Assembly (NCBI GenBank): GCA_965373035.1
Contig: CBDVEP010000001.1
Location: forward strand, 272 to 64,271
DNA: 64,000 nucleotides
Direction: 5' to 3'
Source: an uncultured bacterium
Lineage (GTDB): Bacteria > Spirochaetota > JAHITG01
Part shown: positions 9,211 through 18,389 of the stretch, piece by piece
How the letters are laid out: each line of letters opens with the position of its first letter
How positions within the stretch are numbered: position 1 is the first letter of the stretch
Program-made: the position numbers and the translations under genes
The notes under the pieces: model-generated
Database searches by the model: none
What the model was told of the DNA's origin: nothing
Seen by the model: the letters and a program-made list of their open reading frames with translations, nothing else

Positions 9211-10392
9211 ATGGTTAGATCTATTCTTGTTATTGATAATAAAGAATTAAATAATGTATTAAAAGAGGCTTTGCCAGGTAATGATTATAAAATTCTTTTT
9301 GCTGCAGATATAAAAGAAGGGTTGAATATTCTTGCTGAAGAAAAAATTCATTTAATGATATTAAATATGAAGATGCCTGGTATTGTTGAATTTGAGTTTT
9401 TACGTGAAATAAAATCAAAATATTTTTCATTAATAAAAGTAATATCTATATTAAATGAAGATGTAAAAGAAGATATTGTTATTCGCTCTATTACAGAAGG
9501 AATGGCAAAATCGTATATTACTAAACCATGGGATAACTCGTTATTAAAAAAACAAATTGTTTCCTTATTTGCCATGCAGGAGTCTTTAAATCAAAAAGAT
9601 TTACTGGAATTAATTAATAAAATTGACGAATTGCCTGTACTTCCTTTATTATATCAAAAAGTCATGAACCTTATTCAGCAGAATAAAGGGATCAATGAAA
9701 TAGCTGATGTGATTGAAAAAGAACCAGGATATGTAGCTAAAATAATAGGAATTGTAAATTCCGCGTTTTATGGAGGAAAGATCGGTTCTGTAAAACAAGC
9801 ACTCCTTTATCTTGGGACTAATACGATTAAGGATGTAATTCTCTTTGCTGATATTTTTGAATATTTCAGGCATGCTAAAATCAAAGCCTATGATATTAAC
9901 TTGCTCTGGAAACATTTTAATCTTTGCAACAAAATTATGCAGCATCTTTATTATAAAATTCATGGAAGAAAAATATTTGATAAATTTGCTTCAACAGGAT
10001 TATTACATGATATTGGTAAATTAATTATGTTGAAATATTTTCCTGAACAATTTCGGCAGATCTGGATAAAAAAAAATAAAAACCCTGACATTCCTTTTAC
10101 TGTCATTGAAAATGATATCTTAGGAGTATCACATACCCAGCTTGGAGCTTATCTTCTCAACTGGTGGAATCTCCCCAGCTATTTTATTGAAGTCTGCCTG
10201 TATCATCATAACCCTCTTAGTCAACAAATTGTTCATAGAGAATTAATATCCTTGATTCATATTGCTGATATTTATTCATGGAAAAAATTAAAAAAATTTT
10301 TATCAGTAAAAGTAATTCCAGAAGCCTATCAAATAGCCAATATTGATGAAGCAGCAGTTCAGGAAGTAGTTAATAAAGTAGATATAAATTAA
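9211..10392 (+). CDS. Response-regulator receiver + HDOD domain protein (atypical receiver, phospho-acceptor Asp replaced by Asn)
   Basis: CheY-like N-terminus in which the usual ..DLxxMP.. reads MILNMKMPG. HDOD signature (LPVLPLLYQKVMNLIQQ.., LLHDIGKLIM). Confidence 0.6.
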   Translation: MVRSILVIDNKELNNVLKEALPGNDYKILFAADIKEGLNILAEEKIHLMILNMKMPGIVEFEFLREIKSKYFSLIKVISILNEDVKEDIVIRSITEGMAKSYITKPWDNSLLKKQIVSLFAMQESLNQKDLLELINKIDELPVLPLLYQKVMNLIQQNKGINEIADVIEKEPGYVAKIIGIVNSAFYGGKIGSVKQALLYLGTNTIKDVILFADIFEYFRHAKIKAYDINLLWKHFNLCNKIMQHLYYKIHGRKIFDKFASTGLLHDIGKLIMLKYFPEQFRQIWIKKNKNPDIPFTVIENDILGVSHTQLGAYLLNWWNLPSYFIEVCLYHHNPLSQQIVHRELISLIHIADIYSWKKLKKFLSVKVIPEAYQIANIDEAAVQEVVNKVDIN

Positions 10393-10512
10393 AATACAGA
10401 ATCTGTGTACATCTGGCGGAAAAATTTCCATGAGTCATCTTTATGCAGATATAATTTATGCTCCTTGCAGCCGCTGCGGCTGCAAAGCTGGATAAAAAAG
10501 CATTTAAAAGCA
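10339..10512. repeat. Direct repeat copy A (~175 bp, ~93% identical to 12059-12245) flanking the DUF4143 ATPase insertion
   Basis: Includes the last ~50 nt of the HDOD gene plus the 3' end of a truncated copy of the convergent Cys-rich gene. Confidence 0.7.
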
Positions 10513-10528
10513 TAGACTAAATTATCAT

Positions 10529-11854
10529 CTAAGTTTTATAAAATTTTGGAAACAAAGAAATAGCATATAATGGAATATCACAAACATTCCTTGTTTGATT
10601 AAAATTCCTTTGAGATGTTCTTGTTAAATATTCAGGATTGTATTTTTTATCATAGACTTTTAAACTTTTAGCTTTAGTATTTAATCCTGATTTTACTTCT
10701 AATGGATATATTTTTTCATTATAACTCAATATGAAATCAACTTCTGCTGTATTTTTACTTGTCCAATAATATAATTCATTAAAATTATTTACTACTAATT
10801 CTTGTGCTGCATAATTTTCTGTAAAAGCACCATTATAAAATGTGAATAATTTATTACCGTCAATAATAGTCTTAGGAGATAAATTCAGCATTGCTCCAAG
10901 TAAACCAACATCAATTAAAAATAATTTGAAAAAATTATCATTTTTATATGCAGATAATGGCAATTTCGGAGTGGAAACATTATAAGATTTATATACAACA
11001 CCTGCATCAATTAACCATTGTATCGAGTCATGATACTCTCTTGATTTAGAATTTTTACTTATTTCAGAATATTTAAATTTTTTCTTTTCTTTAATTAATT
11101 GATTTGGAATTGAATTCCAGATATTATTTATTTTTATAGCTTCAGCCCTTGATGCATATCTTGTTACATCAATTGAATAAGCTGTTAATATTTCTTTTTG
11201 AATTTTTCTTACCGAAGTATAATCTTTAGTAGTAACATATTTCACTATAGCTTCCGGCATACCTCCAATATAATAATATAATTTCAGATATTCCAATAAT
11301 TTTTCATGGAAAGCTTCTGGTATTTCATCTAAATTTTTCTTGTTATCTAAAAACTTTTTTAATTGATTTTCTTTATTTGAATTTAAAAATTCACCAATTG
11401 ATAAAGGGAATAATTGCATAAAATTCACTTTCCCAACAGGAAATGAGGTCTTTTGATTTTTATATAAAAAAATCCCCAGTAATGACCCTGTAGCAATAAT
11501 ATGGTATTCATTATGGGTTTCATTAAAATATTTTAAACATGTTAATGTTTGAGGAGAATTCTGTATTTCATCAAATATAATTAATGTGTTTAAAGGTTCT
11601 ATTTTTTTATTTGAATAAATTGATAATTTTTCAATTATTTTTTCTGGATACTTTTTTCTCTGAAACAAGTTTATCAGATCAGGGTCTTCTTCAAAATTAA
11701 AATATACATAATTGACATATTCATTTTTACCAAATTCTTTTAAAATAAAAGTCTTTCCAACCTGTCTGGCACCTTTTAATATTAACGGTTTTCTATCTTC
11801 TGCATTCTTCCATACAATTAATTTATTATATATATCACGTTTTAAGCTTATCAT
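10529..11854 (-). CDS. AAA ATPase (AAA_14 + DUF4143 'ATP-binding protein' family)
   Basis: Walker A KGARQVGKTF and a DUF4143-type C-terminus. Paralog of 24806..26047. Confidence 0.75.
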   Translation of the reverse strand: MISLKRDIYNKLIVWKNAEDRKPLILKGARQVGKTFILKEFGKNEYVNYVYFNFEEDPDLINLFQRKKYPEKIIEKLSIYSNKKIEPLNTLIIFDEIQNSPQTLTCLKYFNETHNEYHIIATGSLLGIFLYKNQKTSFPVGKVNFMQLFPLSIGEFLNSNKENQLKKFLDNKKNLDEIPEAFHEKLLEYLKLYYYIGGMPEAIVKYVTTKDYTSVRKIQKEILTAYSIDVTRYASRAEAIKINNIWNSIPNQLIKEKKKFKYSEISKNSKSREYHDSIQWLIDAGVVYKSYNVSTPKLPLSAYKNDNFFKLFLIDVGLLGAMLNLSPKTIIDGNKLFTFYNGAFTENYAAQELVVNNFNELYYWTSKNTAEVDFILSYNEKIYPLEVKSGLNTKAKSLKVYDKKYNPEYLTRTSQRNFNQTRNVCDIPLYAISLFPKFYKT

Positions 11855-11892
11855 ACATATAAATTTAATACTAAAATTTAAAAAGTCAACTT
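11855..11892 (-). promoter_or_regulatory. Promoter of the DUF4143 ATPase gene (TTGACTTTTTAAA -35 box shared with the 24806 paralog; no SD, probably leaderless or very short leader)
   Basis: On the minus strand: aagTTGACTTTTTAAATTTTAGTATTAAATTTAT-ATG. Confidence 0.4.
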
Positions 11893-12058
11893 TTTTATAT
11901 GAAAAAGGTGTAAATTTATTACTTTATTCATATGAAAAAAGTGTATGTTTTAATATTTTTCCTCCTAAAAATATAAATGTTTCAATTACAGCTGGCTAAA
12001 AAATAAGGAAAAACACATAAAAAAGGTTTTAAACTCTCCTAACATGCTTTTTCGGTTT

Positions 12059-12245
12059 AATATTGATGAAGCAGCAGTTAAGGAAGTAGTTAATAAAGTA
12101 GATATAAATTAAAATATAGAATCTGTGTACATCTGGCGGAAAAATTTCCATGAGTCATCTTTATGCAGATATAATTTATGCTCCTTGCAACCGATACGGC
12201 TGCAAAATTGGATAATACTGTTTGTAAAAGCATTTAAAAGTACAG
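12059..12245. repeat. Direct repeat copy B (partner of 10339-10512)
   Basis: Same sequence as copy A with a ~12-nt indel. Overlaps the 3' end of the intact Cys-rich gene 12109..12585. Confidence 0.7.
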
Positions 12246-12585
12246 AAGGGGCACTACATTTAGGACAGTTATGCTCGACTTTCAGGACAAGGCTTTTCTT
12301 ACAATGTGGACAAAAAAATTCTACAATTATCTCTTTTTTATAATTAAACTGCTCTGGAAACTCAACCTTAAAATCATCCAGTTTATCAGAAAGAATAAAT
12401 ATACCATGTTTTTTATCATCCCATTTGCCCAGTAAAACTATCTCTCCTTTTTTATTAGTAAGGGCTGTATTACATTCCGGACATTTTGTCCATAATTTAA
12501 CATAAACACTATGACCTTTTTTTGCATAGGGATTATGTTCAATTGATACATATTCTTCTTTGTTTTTTAATTTTAGTTCCAGCAT
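12109..12585 (-). CDS. Cysteine-rich hypothetical protein (three CPxC-type pairs; putative zinc-ribbon protein)
   Basis: CPEC...CPHC...CPKC plus further Cys residues. No recognisable family. Confidence 0.35.
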   Translation of the reverse strand: MLELKLKNKEEYVSIEHNPYAKKGHSVYVKLWTKCPECNTALTNKKGEIVLLGKWDDKKHGIFILSDKLDDFKVEFPEQFNYKKEIIVEFFCPHCKKSLVLKVEHNCPKCSAPSVLLNAFTNSIIQFCSRIGCKEHKLYLHKDDSWKFFRQMYTDSIF

Positions 12586-12604
12586 TTCTTTGTTCTACCT
12601 CACT

Positions 12605-13960
12605 TTAAAGGAAATAATTTTTATAAAGTATTTGAACGGTCTCTTCCACATCATCCTGAGCTACACATAAAATAATACTAATTTCAGAGCCGCCTTTCAT
12701 AATCATTTTTATATCAATCTTCTTTTTATTTATAGCATCAAGCATAGAGACTAAAGAGCTGTTATCATCCTTTAACCCTTTACCAACAATTGAGATTAAA
12801 GCACGGTTATAATCAAAATAAACATTATCAGCCTTCATTTCATTATATACCTGTTTGCATATTTCTCTTATTTTCTCCAGTGGCAACTGGTCCTGTTTTA
12901 ATATTACTGATATACTGTCAATACCGGATGGAGAATGGTCAAAAGACAGTTTGTTTTTTTCAATAATTTCAAAAAGCCCCCTGCAGAATCCCTTTTCCTG
13001 ATTCATCATATATTTTTCAACATTAATAGTACAAAATCCTTTATCATAAGCTATTCCAACAATGCTTTTTTCTTTCAGATCCCTGTCCTTAACTATTAAA
13101 GTGCCTGGTTGGGCTAAGTCGTGAAAATTTATAAGATGTATGGGAATGCTCTTTTTCATCACAGGATGAAGCAGCTCCTCATGAAATGTCTTAAATCCTG
13201 CATAAGTAAGTTCTCTTAATTCCTGGTATGTAATTTTAGGAATCACCTTTGCATCAGGAACCAGTTTTGGATTAACTACTGTAAGACCATTATAATCAAT
13301 AAAATTTTCATATAATTCTGCATTAACTGCGTTTGCAAGTATAGAACCTGTCATATCATTTCCACCCCTGCTGAATGTAGCAATATGACCTTTTTTTGTA
13401 TAACCGAAAAATCCTGGAATTATAATAATACCTTCTCTATTTTTTAATAATTCTAACTTATTATATGAATCATCTATAAGTGAAGCACAGCTAAAATCCG
13501 TTGTAACAATCAATCCTGCATCATGAGGGTCAACATACTGGCAGGAAACTCCTTCATTCTGCAGGTACTCAACAACCAGACGTGCGCTGTATTCTTCACC
13601 AGCGGATTTGACTTTATTCAGATACCTTGCTTCTTTCCCCCTGGAAGTGCTGATACGCTTTTTCAAATCCTGAATGTATCTATTTACAGACCTGCTGGAT
13701 ATTTTCAAGCCATGGTAGATATTATCAAACCGCTTTTGTATCTGTTCAATTAATAACACAGGTAATTTTTTATTTTTTATATAATATTGTGCACATTCTA
13801 TCAGCATATCAGTCATATTCTCTTCAGTATCTGTTTTCCCGGGTGCTGCCATAACAACTATCTTTCTCTTTTCATCAGCCAGAAGTATCTTCTTAAGCTG
13901 TTTGATATGTTCAGATGCTGTTAATACATTCCCGCTGAATTTACACACTTTAATACTCAT
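12605..13960 (-). CDS. Aspartate kinase (amino-acid kinase fold + C-terminal ACT domains)
   Basis: N-terminal KFSG..VVMAAPGKTD kinase motif region. C-terminal ACT-like segment ..ISIVGKGLKDDNSSLVSMLDAINKKKIDIKMI... Confidence 0.55.
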   Translation of the reverse strand: MSIKVCKFSGNVLTASEHIKQLKKILLADEKRKIVVMAAPGKTDTEENMTDMLIECAQYYIKNKKLPVLLIEQIQKRFDNIYHGLKISSRSVNRYIQDLKKRISTSRGKEARYLNKVKSAGEEYSARLVVEYLQNEGVSCQYVDPHDAGLIVTTDFSCASLIDDSYNKLELLKNREGIIIIPGFFGYTKKGHIATFSRGGNDMTGSILANAVNAELYENFIDYNGLTVVNPKLVPDAKVIPKITYQELRELTYAGFKTFHEELLHPVMKKSIPIHLINFHDLAQPGTLIVKDRDLKEKSIVGIAYDKGFCTINVEKYMMNQEKGFCRGLFEIIEKNKLSFDHSPSGIDSISVILKQDQLPLEKIREICKQVYNEMKADNVYFDYNRALISIVGKGLKDDNSSLVSMLDAINKKKIDIKMIMKGGSEISIILCVAQDDVEETVQILYKNYFL

Positions 13961-14170
13961 CTACCTTTTCTCCTAAAGTATTTATAACTGAAACAGTACC
14001 GCCCAAAATATTTGGTATTATCCAATTTCATTCCTCCAGTCATAATTATCCGTCAAATATAATATACAAAATTTTACTGTCAATTTTTAATTCATAATAA
14101 TCATTTAAATTTTATAAAATCTTGGAAATAATGAAATAGCATAGCAAAGTAAACTTAAAAACCAATAAAT

Positions 14171-14253
14171 AAAGAATGGGGACGGTTCTAATACTTTTTT
14201 ACAACATCTATTTTTTCTCTTTCTAAAAAGTATTAGAACCGTCTCCATTCTTT
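14171..14253. repeat. Long near-perfect inverted repeat (29-bp arms, 24-nt loop) containing the TGGGGACGG box
   Basis: AAAGAATGGGGACGGTTCTAATACTTTTTT ... AAAAAGTATTAGAACCGTCTCCATTCTTT, with a single G·U position. Related half-copies occur at ~16262 and ~18299. Confidence 0.6.
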
Positions 14254-14299
14254 TTACTTGATTTTATTTTTCTTGTTGCTATAATTAAAATAATATAAA

Positions 14300-14695
14300 A
14301 TGAATAAAAAAGATTTAATTAAATATTGGATTAAAAGTTCTGATCAAGATATAAAGGCAATGGATCATTTGTTTAATAATAAAGATTATCATTGGTCATT
14401 ATTCCTAGGGCATTTAGTAATTGAAAAACTTCTTAAAGCATATTATGTTAAGAAACAAAATAATAATGCACCACCTATACATAATTTATTAAGAATAGCT
14501 GAAAAATCAAAATTAAAAATTGATAACCAACAAGAAGATTTACTCGCAACATTATCTACTTTTAATATCCGAACGAGATATGATGATTATAAATTAGAAT
14601 TTTATAAAATGTGTACTAAAAATTTTACAGCAAACTGGCTCAAGCAAATAAAAAGGTTTCGAAAATGGATAAAAAAAAAATTATCAGATCAATAA
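14300..14695 (+). CDS. HEPN-domain protein (HEPN/MNT toxin-antitoxin pair)
   Basis: Size and context. Overlaps a minimal nucleotidyltransferase gene. Confidence 0.5.
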   Translation: MNKKDLIKYWIKSSDQDIKAMDHLFNNKDYHWSLFLGHLVIEKLLKAYYVKKQNNNAPPIHNLLRIAEKSKLKIDNQQEDLLATLSTFNIRTRYDDYKLEFYKMCTKNFTANWLKQIKRFRKWIKKKLSDQ

Positions 14696-14973
14696 AAGGG
14701 TATATTGCCTTACTAAAACAAAATAAATATGCCATCCAAAAAGTATACCTATTCGGATCAATTATAAAAGGGAAAAGTCATAAAGATAGTGATATTGACA
14801 TAGCTGTTATAATAAAAAATTTAACAAACAGTTTTAACACTCAAGTACAATTAATGAAATTAGTAAAAAATATCGATTCCCGTATTGAACCTCATCCATT
14901 TGATGAAAAAGCTTTTAACTCTTCAAATCCCTTTGCTGCAGAAATTATTAAAACTGGAAAACAAATTATATAA
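14665..14973 (+). CDS. Minimal nucleotidyltransferase (MNT) partner of HEPN
   Basis: VYLFGSIIKGKSHKDSDIDIAVII (GS..DxD nucleotidyltransferase motif). Confidence 0.6.
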   Translation: MDKKKIIRSIKGYIALLKQNKYAIQKVYLFGSIIKGKSHKDSDIDIAVIIKNLTNSFNTQVQLMKLVKNIDSRIEPHPFDEKAFNSSNPFAAEIIKTGKQII

Positions 14974-14986
14974 AAAGAAGAAAAGA

Positions 14987-15100
14987 ATGTATTTGTTTGG
15001 TTCATTTTTACATAAAAATAATTTTTATTGCAACTCTGATATTGATATAGCAGTTGAGGGTAACTTCTCAAAATTCCTCCCGTCAGTGACGCATTACTGA
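14987..15100 (+). pseudogene. Truncated second MNT copy (38-codon fragment)
   Basis: MYLFGSFLHKNNFYCNSDIDIAVEGNF then stop. Overlaps/abuts the full MNT gene. Confidence 0.4.
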
Positions 15101-15154
15101 AAATTAAAATTTATTGACAACTGATTAAAAATGGTAAAATTATAAAAAATGAGA
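15097..15154 (+). repeat. ~58-bp repeat carrying a TTGACA / TG-n-TAAAAT promoter-like module (copy 1; copy 2 at 18390-18451)
   Basis: Identical 44-mer TTATTGACAACTGATTAAAAATGGTAAAATTATAAAAAATGAGA in both copies. Copy 1 is preceded by a solo TGACGCATTACT, the MITE TIR sequence. Confidence 0.55.
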
Positions 15155-15434
15155 ACATGATCTTTAGTCATAATTTAATAACCTAATATTTAAGCCTATA
15201 AATAAATTTTATAGACAGCCAACGTAACAGAAGTTTTATAATATTTAATCCAATACTGAAATATAATATAAAATTTTTTACTGTCATTTTCAATTGTATT
15301 TTAAACTATAATATGACAAATTAATTTGACAGTCCATGATAAATAATTATTATATAATAATAAACAAATTTTTTAAAAAAAATTACTTTTCATATAAATT
15401 TTATTAAATAATACTCTATTTTAAGAAGGAAACC

Positions 15435-15767
15435 ATGAAAAATAAATATATTTATAATAATCATACACAAAAAAATTTCAAAAAAATTATATACTGTAGC
15501 CTTTTTTATTTTATTTTCAACATGGTATTACAAGCTCCAGTATACAGTAAAGTTGAATTTTGTGATCCTAATGTTGGCTGGGGGCCAATTTCTAAGCCTG
15601 GAAAAAATCTATTACTTGAAGAATTTGAAGATGCATTAAAATGGAATTCATGGGTTTTTAAAAATGAATCACTCAAATTAAAAAATGTAAAAGGCCTTTC
15701 TGGTAATGCATTAAGAATAGAATACAACATACCAGATGATAGTGCATTTAGACAATTATCTGAGTAA
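15435..15767 (+). CDS. Hypothetical secreted protein, N-terminal part (possibly one gene with 15736..16236, disrupted by a frameshift)
   Basis: Signal peptide (KKIIYCSLFYFIFNMVLQAPVYS). Stops at 15767 while an overlapping ORF continues in another frame. Confidence 0.3.
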   Translation: MKNKYIYNNHTQKNFKKIIYCSLFYFIFNMVLQAPVYSKVEFCDPNVGWGPISKPGKNLLLEEFEDALKWNSWVFKNESLKLKNVKGLSGNALRIEYNIPDDSAFRQLSE

Positions 15768-16236
15768 AACTGATTATAAAATAAAAAAAATATTATTTTA
15801 TGGAGAAAAAACACCTTGGACAGAACAATCTAGTCCAGATATTCAATATAATATTTCTATAAAAAATAAAGCAATAAAAATAGATTATCAAACAGGTAAA
15901 GCTGGTGCATGGACTCAGATATCTATAGACGCACAAAATAAAATTCATAAAAACAGTATCTTTTATATAAAATTAAAATCAACACAGGACCCAAATGCAA
16001 ATTTAGAAATAAAAATCATGGCTGAAGATGGTTCTGTATTTATGAAAAAAATACTATGTAAAAATTTATCAAAAAAATGGAAAAATATAAAATTTAGAAT
16101 AAAAGATTTTAATTATGTCTGGGGAGGAAATAATGATATCGATAAAATTAAATTTCTACAAATTGCTATTGCTACCTTATCAAAAACATCAGGCTCAGTT
16201 TCTATTAAAGAGATAAAAAAGTCAAATAGTAATTAA
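15736..16236 (+). CDS. Hypothetical protein (likely C-terminal part of the secreted protein above)
   Basis: Overlaps the previous ORF by 32 nt in a different frame. No recognisable family. Confidence 0.3.
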   Translation: MIVHLDNYLSKTDYKIKKILFYGEKTPWTEQSSPDIQYNISIKNKAIKIDYQTGKAGAWTQISIDAQNKIHKNSIFYIKLKSTQDPNANLEIKIMAEDGSVFMKKILCKNLSKKWKNIKFRIKDFNYVWGGNNDIDKIKFLQIAIATLSKTSGSVSIKEIKKSNSN

Positions 16237-16329
16237 ATAGAGATAAATTAACACTATATATAAAGTTGGGGACGGTGCAAAACAATATAAACTAATAATA
16301 TTTTGCCACAAATTTGTAACACCTGCCGA

Positions 16330-16565
16330 AGGTGGAAAGATGAAGAATATGATTTTTTATATAGAACATATATAATACAGGTAAAATAATTACCATAGGG
16401 CCATGGGAATTAAAAGGAGGAAATGAAAATATAGCTAAAAAACTATTTGTTTCTGCTCTTTCAAATCTGAGACCCAGGAAAAAAATATTTTTAGACGTAC
16501 CTTCAACAAACAAAACAGCAAACAAGATATTAACCAGACACAATTTTATAGTTAGAAGAATATGA
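16330..16565 (+). pseudogene. Decayed fragment copy of the C-terminus of the GNAT gene at 36040..36915
   Basis: Translation GKIITIGPWELKGGNENIAKKLFVSALSNLRPRKKIFLDVPSTNKTANKILTRHNFIVRRI* compared with ..GKIITIGPWELKGGDEDIAEKLFVSSLSNLKSGKKIFLDIPSTNKTAKKILTRHNFII.. of the intact gene. The near-identical antisense ORFs 16292..16543 and 36143..36334 in the track reflect the same duplication. Confidence 0.7.
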
Positions 16566-16659
16566 AATTACTTATAAGGATATTTTAGCAGTATTAGATT
16601 ATGCTGCAAAAATTTTATCTAATGAAGAAGTTAGAGCTGTAGGATAAAAAGTATTATAA

Positions 16660-17469
16660 TTATTTCAAAACTATCTTATTCTTCTTCAATAATGAAGATA
16701 TAATATCAGAAGCATTGCTGATTAATTCTGCATCATGCTCATCAAAGAGAAAAGGTCTGAGCTGCTCTGCCTGCTTTTTTAATTCTCCTTTTGAAAGACT
16801 TTGTATTCTTTTTATAATAATATTTTCAGGTTTATCTTTAATGCCCAGTATAGAAAGAATATGTTTATCCACAGGATGCTTATTTGAAAGCATAAAAATA
16901 ATATCATATAAATGCCGTGCCCTATTCTTTTTAACAAGAGCATCTATTTTATTAGCAAAAAGTATAGCATTATTTGTACATATACAGGGATAAATTTCTC
17001 CAAATCCGGATATACCTTTAGATTCTTGTATAACTTTCCATTTAGGCAGATTGGTTTCTAATTTAATAATTATTCCCGTTTTTTTTGAGTATTTTGATAC
17101 GATATTATAAAATTTCTCTATTGCTGGGAATATTAACTTTGAAACATACATATTATCCCAATGTGAAAATTGAACTGATGATTCTATGCCTTTTCGCTGT
17201 AATTCTTTTACTACTTTATATAAAAGATTTTCAAATTCTTTTTTAGAAATTTTATTTGCATAAAAATCTAAATCTTCTGAAAATCTTTTACTATTGTAAA
17301 TAAGTCTGAGATAAGTACCCCCTGTAAAAAAAAGTTTTTTACCTGAAGGTGTTCTATAAATTTCTTTTAAAATAAGAACATGGAGGTATTCTCTTAATAT
17401 TCCTCTTGTTTTTGTAACTGGCATTTGACGCAATCTTGCCTGTTCTATTAATGCATCATAAGTAAGCAT
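16660..17469 (-). CDS. Nucleotidyltransferase AbiEii/AbiGii toxin (type IV TA)
   Basis: KLFFTGGTYLRLIYNSKRFSEDLDFY motif. Overlaps the upstream AbiEi-like gene by 14 nt. Confidence 0.65.
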   Translation of the reverse strand: MLTYDALIEQARLRQMPVTKTRGILREYLHVLILKEIYRTPSGKKLFFTGGTYLRLIYNSKRFSEDLDFYANKISKKEFENLLYKVVKELQRKGIESSVQFSHWDNMYVSKLIFPAIEKFYNIVSKYSKKTGIIIKLETNLPKWKVIQESKGISGFGEIYPCICTNNAILFANKIDALVKKNRARHLYDIIFMLSNKHPVDKHILSILGIKDKPENIIIKRIQSLSKGELKKQAEQLRPFLFDEHDAELISNASDIISSLLKKNKIVLK

Positions 17470-18064
17470 TTAATTCCTCTAATTTAAGATTATACTGTTT
17501 TATATATTTTTTTAATTTTTTTTTATTAAAAGAAGAAATTATATCAAAGTCTAATCGTTCTTCTTGTAAGTTAAATTTTTTATTTCGGTATGTTTTAAAG
17601 TAAATAAAATCTATAAGAGCTTTTTCCGGTTCAGCAATAAAAATTTCAAACTTTCCTTGTTTTTCAATATAGTATCCTGTAAAAAATTCAGGTCTAAGAG
17701 TATGGTATATAAAAAGACCGTGAACATTTTTAAATTGGCGTGTGGGTTTTGTAGTGATAGAAGTTACAGCCATGGATACTTCCGGGATGATACTGTAATT
17801 TGACAAAGCTGTTTCTAATGACACATAAGAGGGGCTGTACAATTTGTTGGCAATATACATATCCGGGATAATATACTCATCAGGATAGGTAAGTTCATAT
17901 AATCCTTTTTTTAAAGAGCGAATCCAATTTTTTTGTTTCCATCTATAAAGCATTTGCTTAAGATTTTGCTTGTTTTCATTATAATAAAGTGTTAATAAGT
18001 CTTCAAATGAAAAAACATAATATTTGTTTTTGATTATATCTTTATATAACTGTTTAAAATTCAT
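17456..18064 (-). CDS. AbiEi-family antitoxin / transcriptional regulator
   Basis: Positioned immediately upstream of and overlapping AbiEii. AbiEi-like size and the RSLKKGLYEL motif. Confidence 0.55.
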   Translation of the reverse strand: MNFKQLYKDIIKNKYYVFSFEDLLTLYYNENKQNLKQMLYRWKQKNWIRSLKKGLYELTYPDEYIIPDMYIANKLYSPSYVSLETALSNYSIIPEVSMAVTSITTKPTRQFKNVHGLFIYHTLRPEFFTGYYIEKQGKFEIFIAEPEKALIDFIYFKTYRNKKFNLQEERLDFDIISSFNKKKLKKYIKQYNLKLEELNAYL

Positions 18065-18389
18065 TTCAGATAATATACTTTTTTGTTAACTATCTGAAAT
18101 AAACATATTATTTTTTATAATTATGTCAAGTAAAAAGATTTGAAACATCCTGTTCAATAGAGCCACAACGGAATTAATGAAGAAATGAGAAAGATTCTTA
18201 AGGTGATTTTGCAATCGCTTTTCTTATGTTTTTAAAACATATTTATATTTTAGCCCGATTATTATAAAAGTCAAGTTTTGTTTCTATCGTGTTTATTTGA
18301 AAAATGGGGACAGATCCTATTTTTTTCTATTTTTTTATGTCAAAGTAAAAAGTAAAGACCCGATATTTTCCTGATTTTCCTTGAATCCG

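Noticed and set aside
14171-14253. Integron attC site
   Set aside because: The palindrome lacks the R''/R' core sequences (RYYYAAC ... GTTRRRY) and no integrase gene is present in the window.
16292-16543. 83-aa ORF on the minus strand, highly similar to the 36143..36334 ORF
   Set aside because: Both are antisense to GNAT coding sequence (intact gene and its duplicated fragment). The similarity is a by-product of the duplication and does not indicate a conserved small protein.
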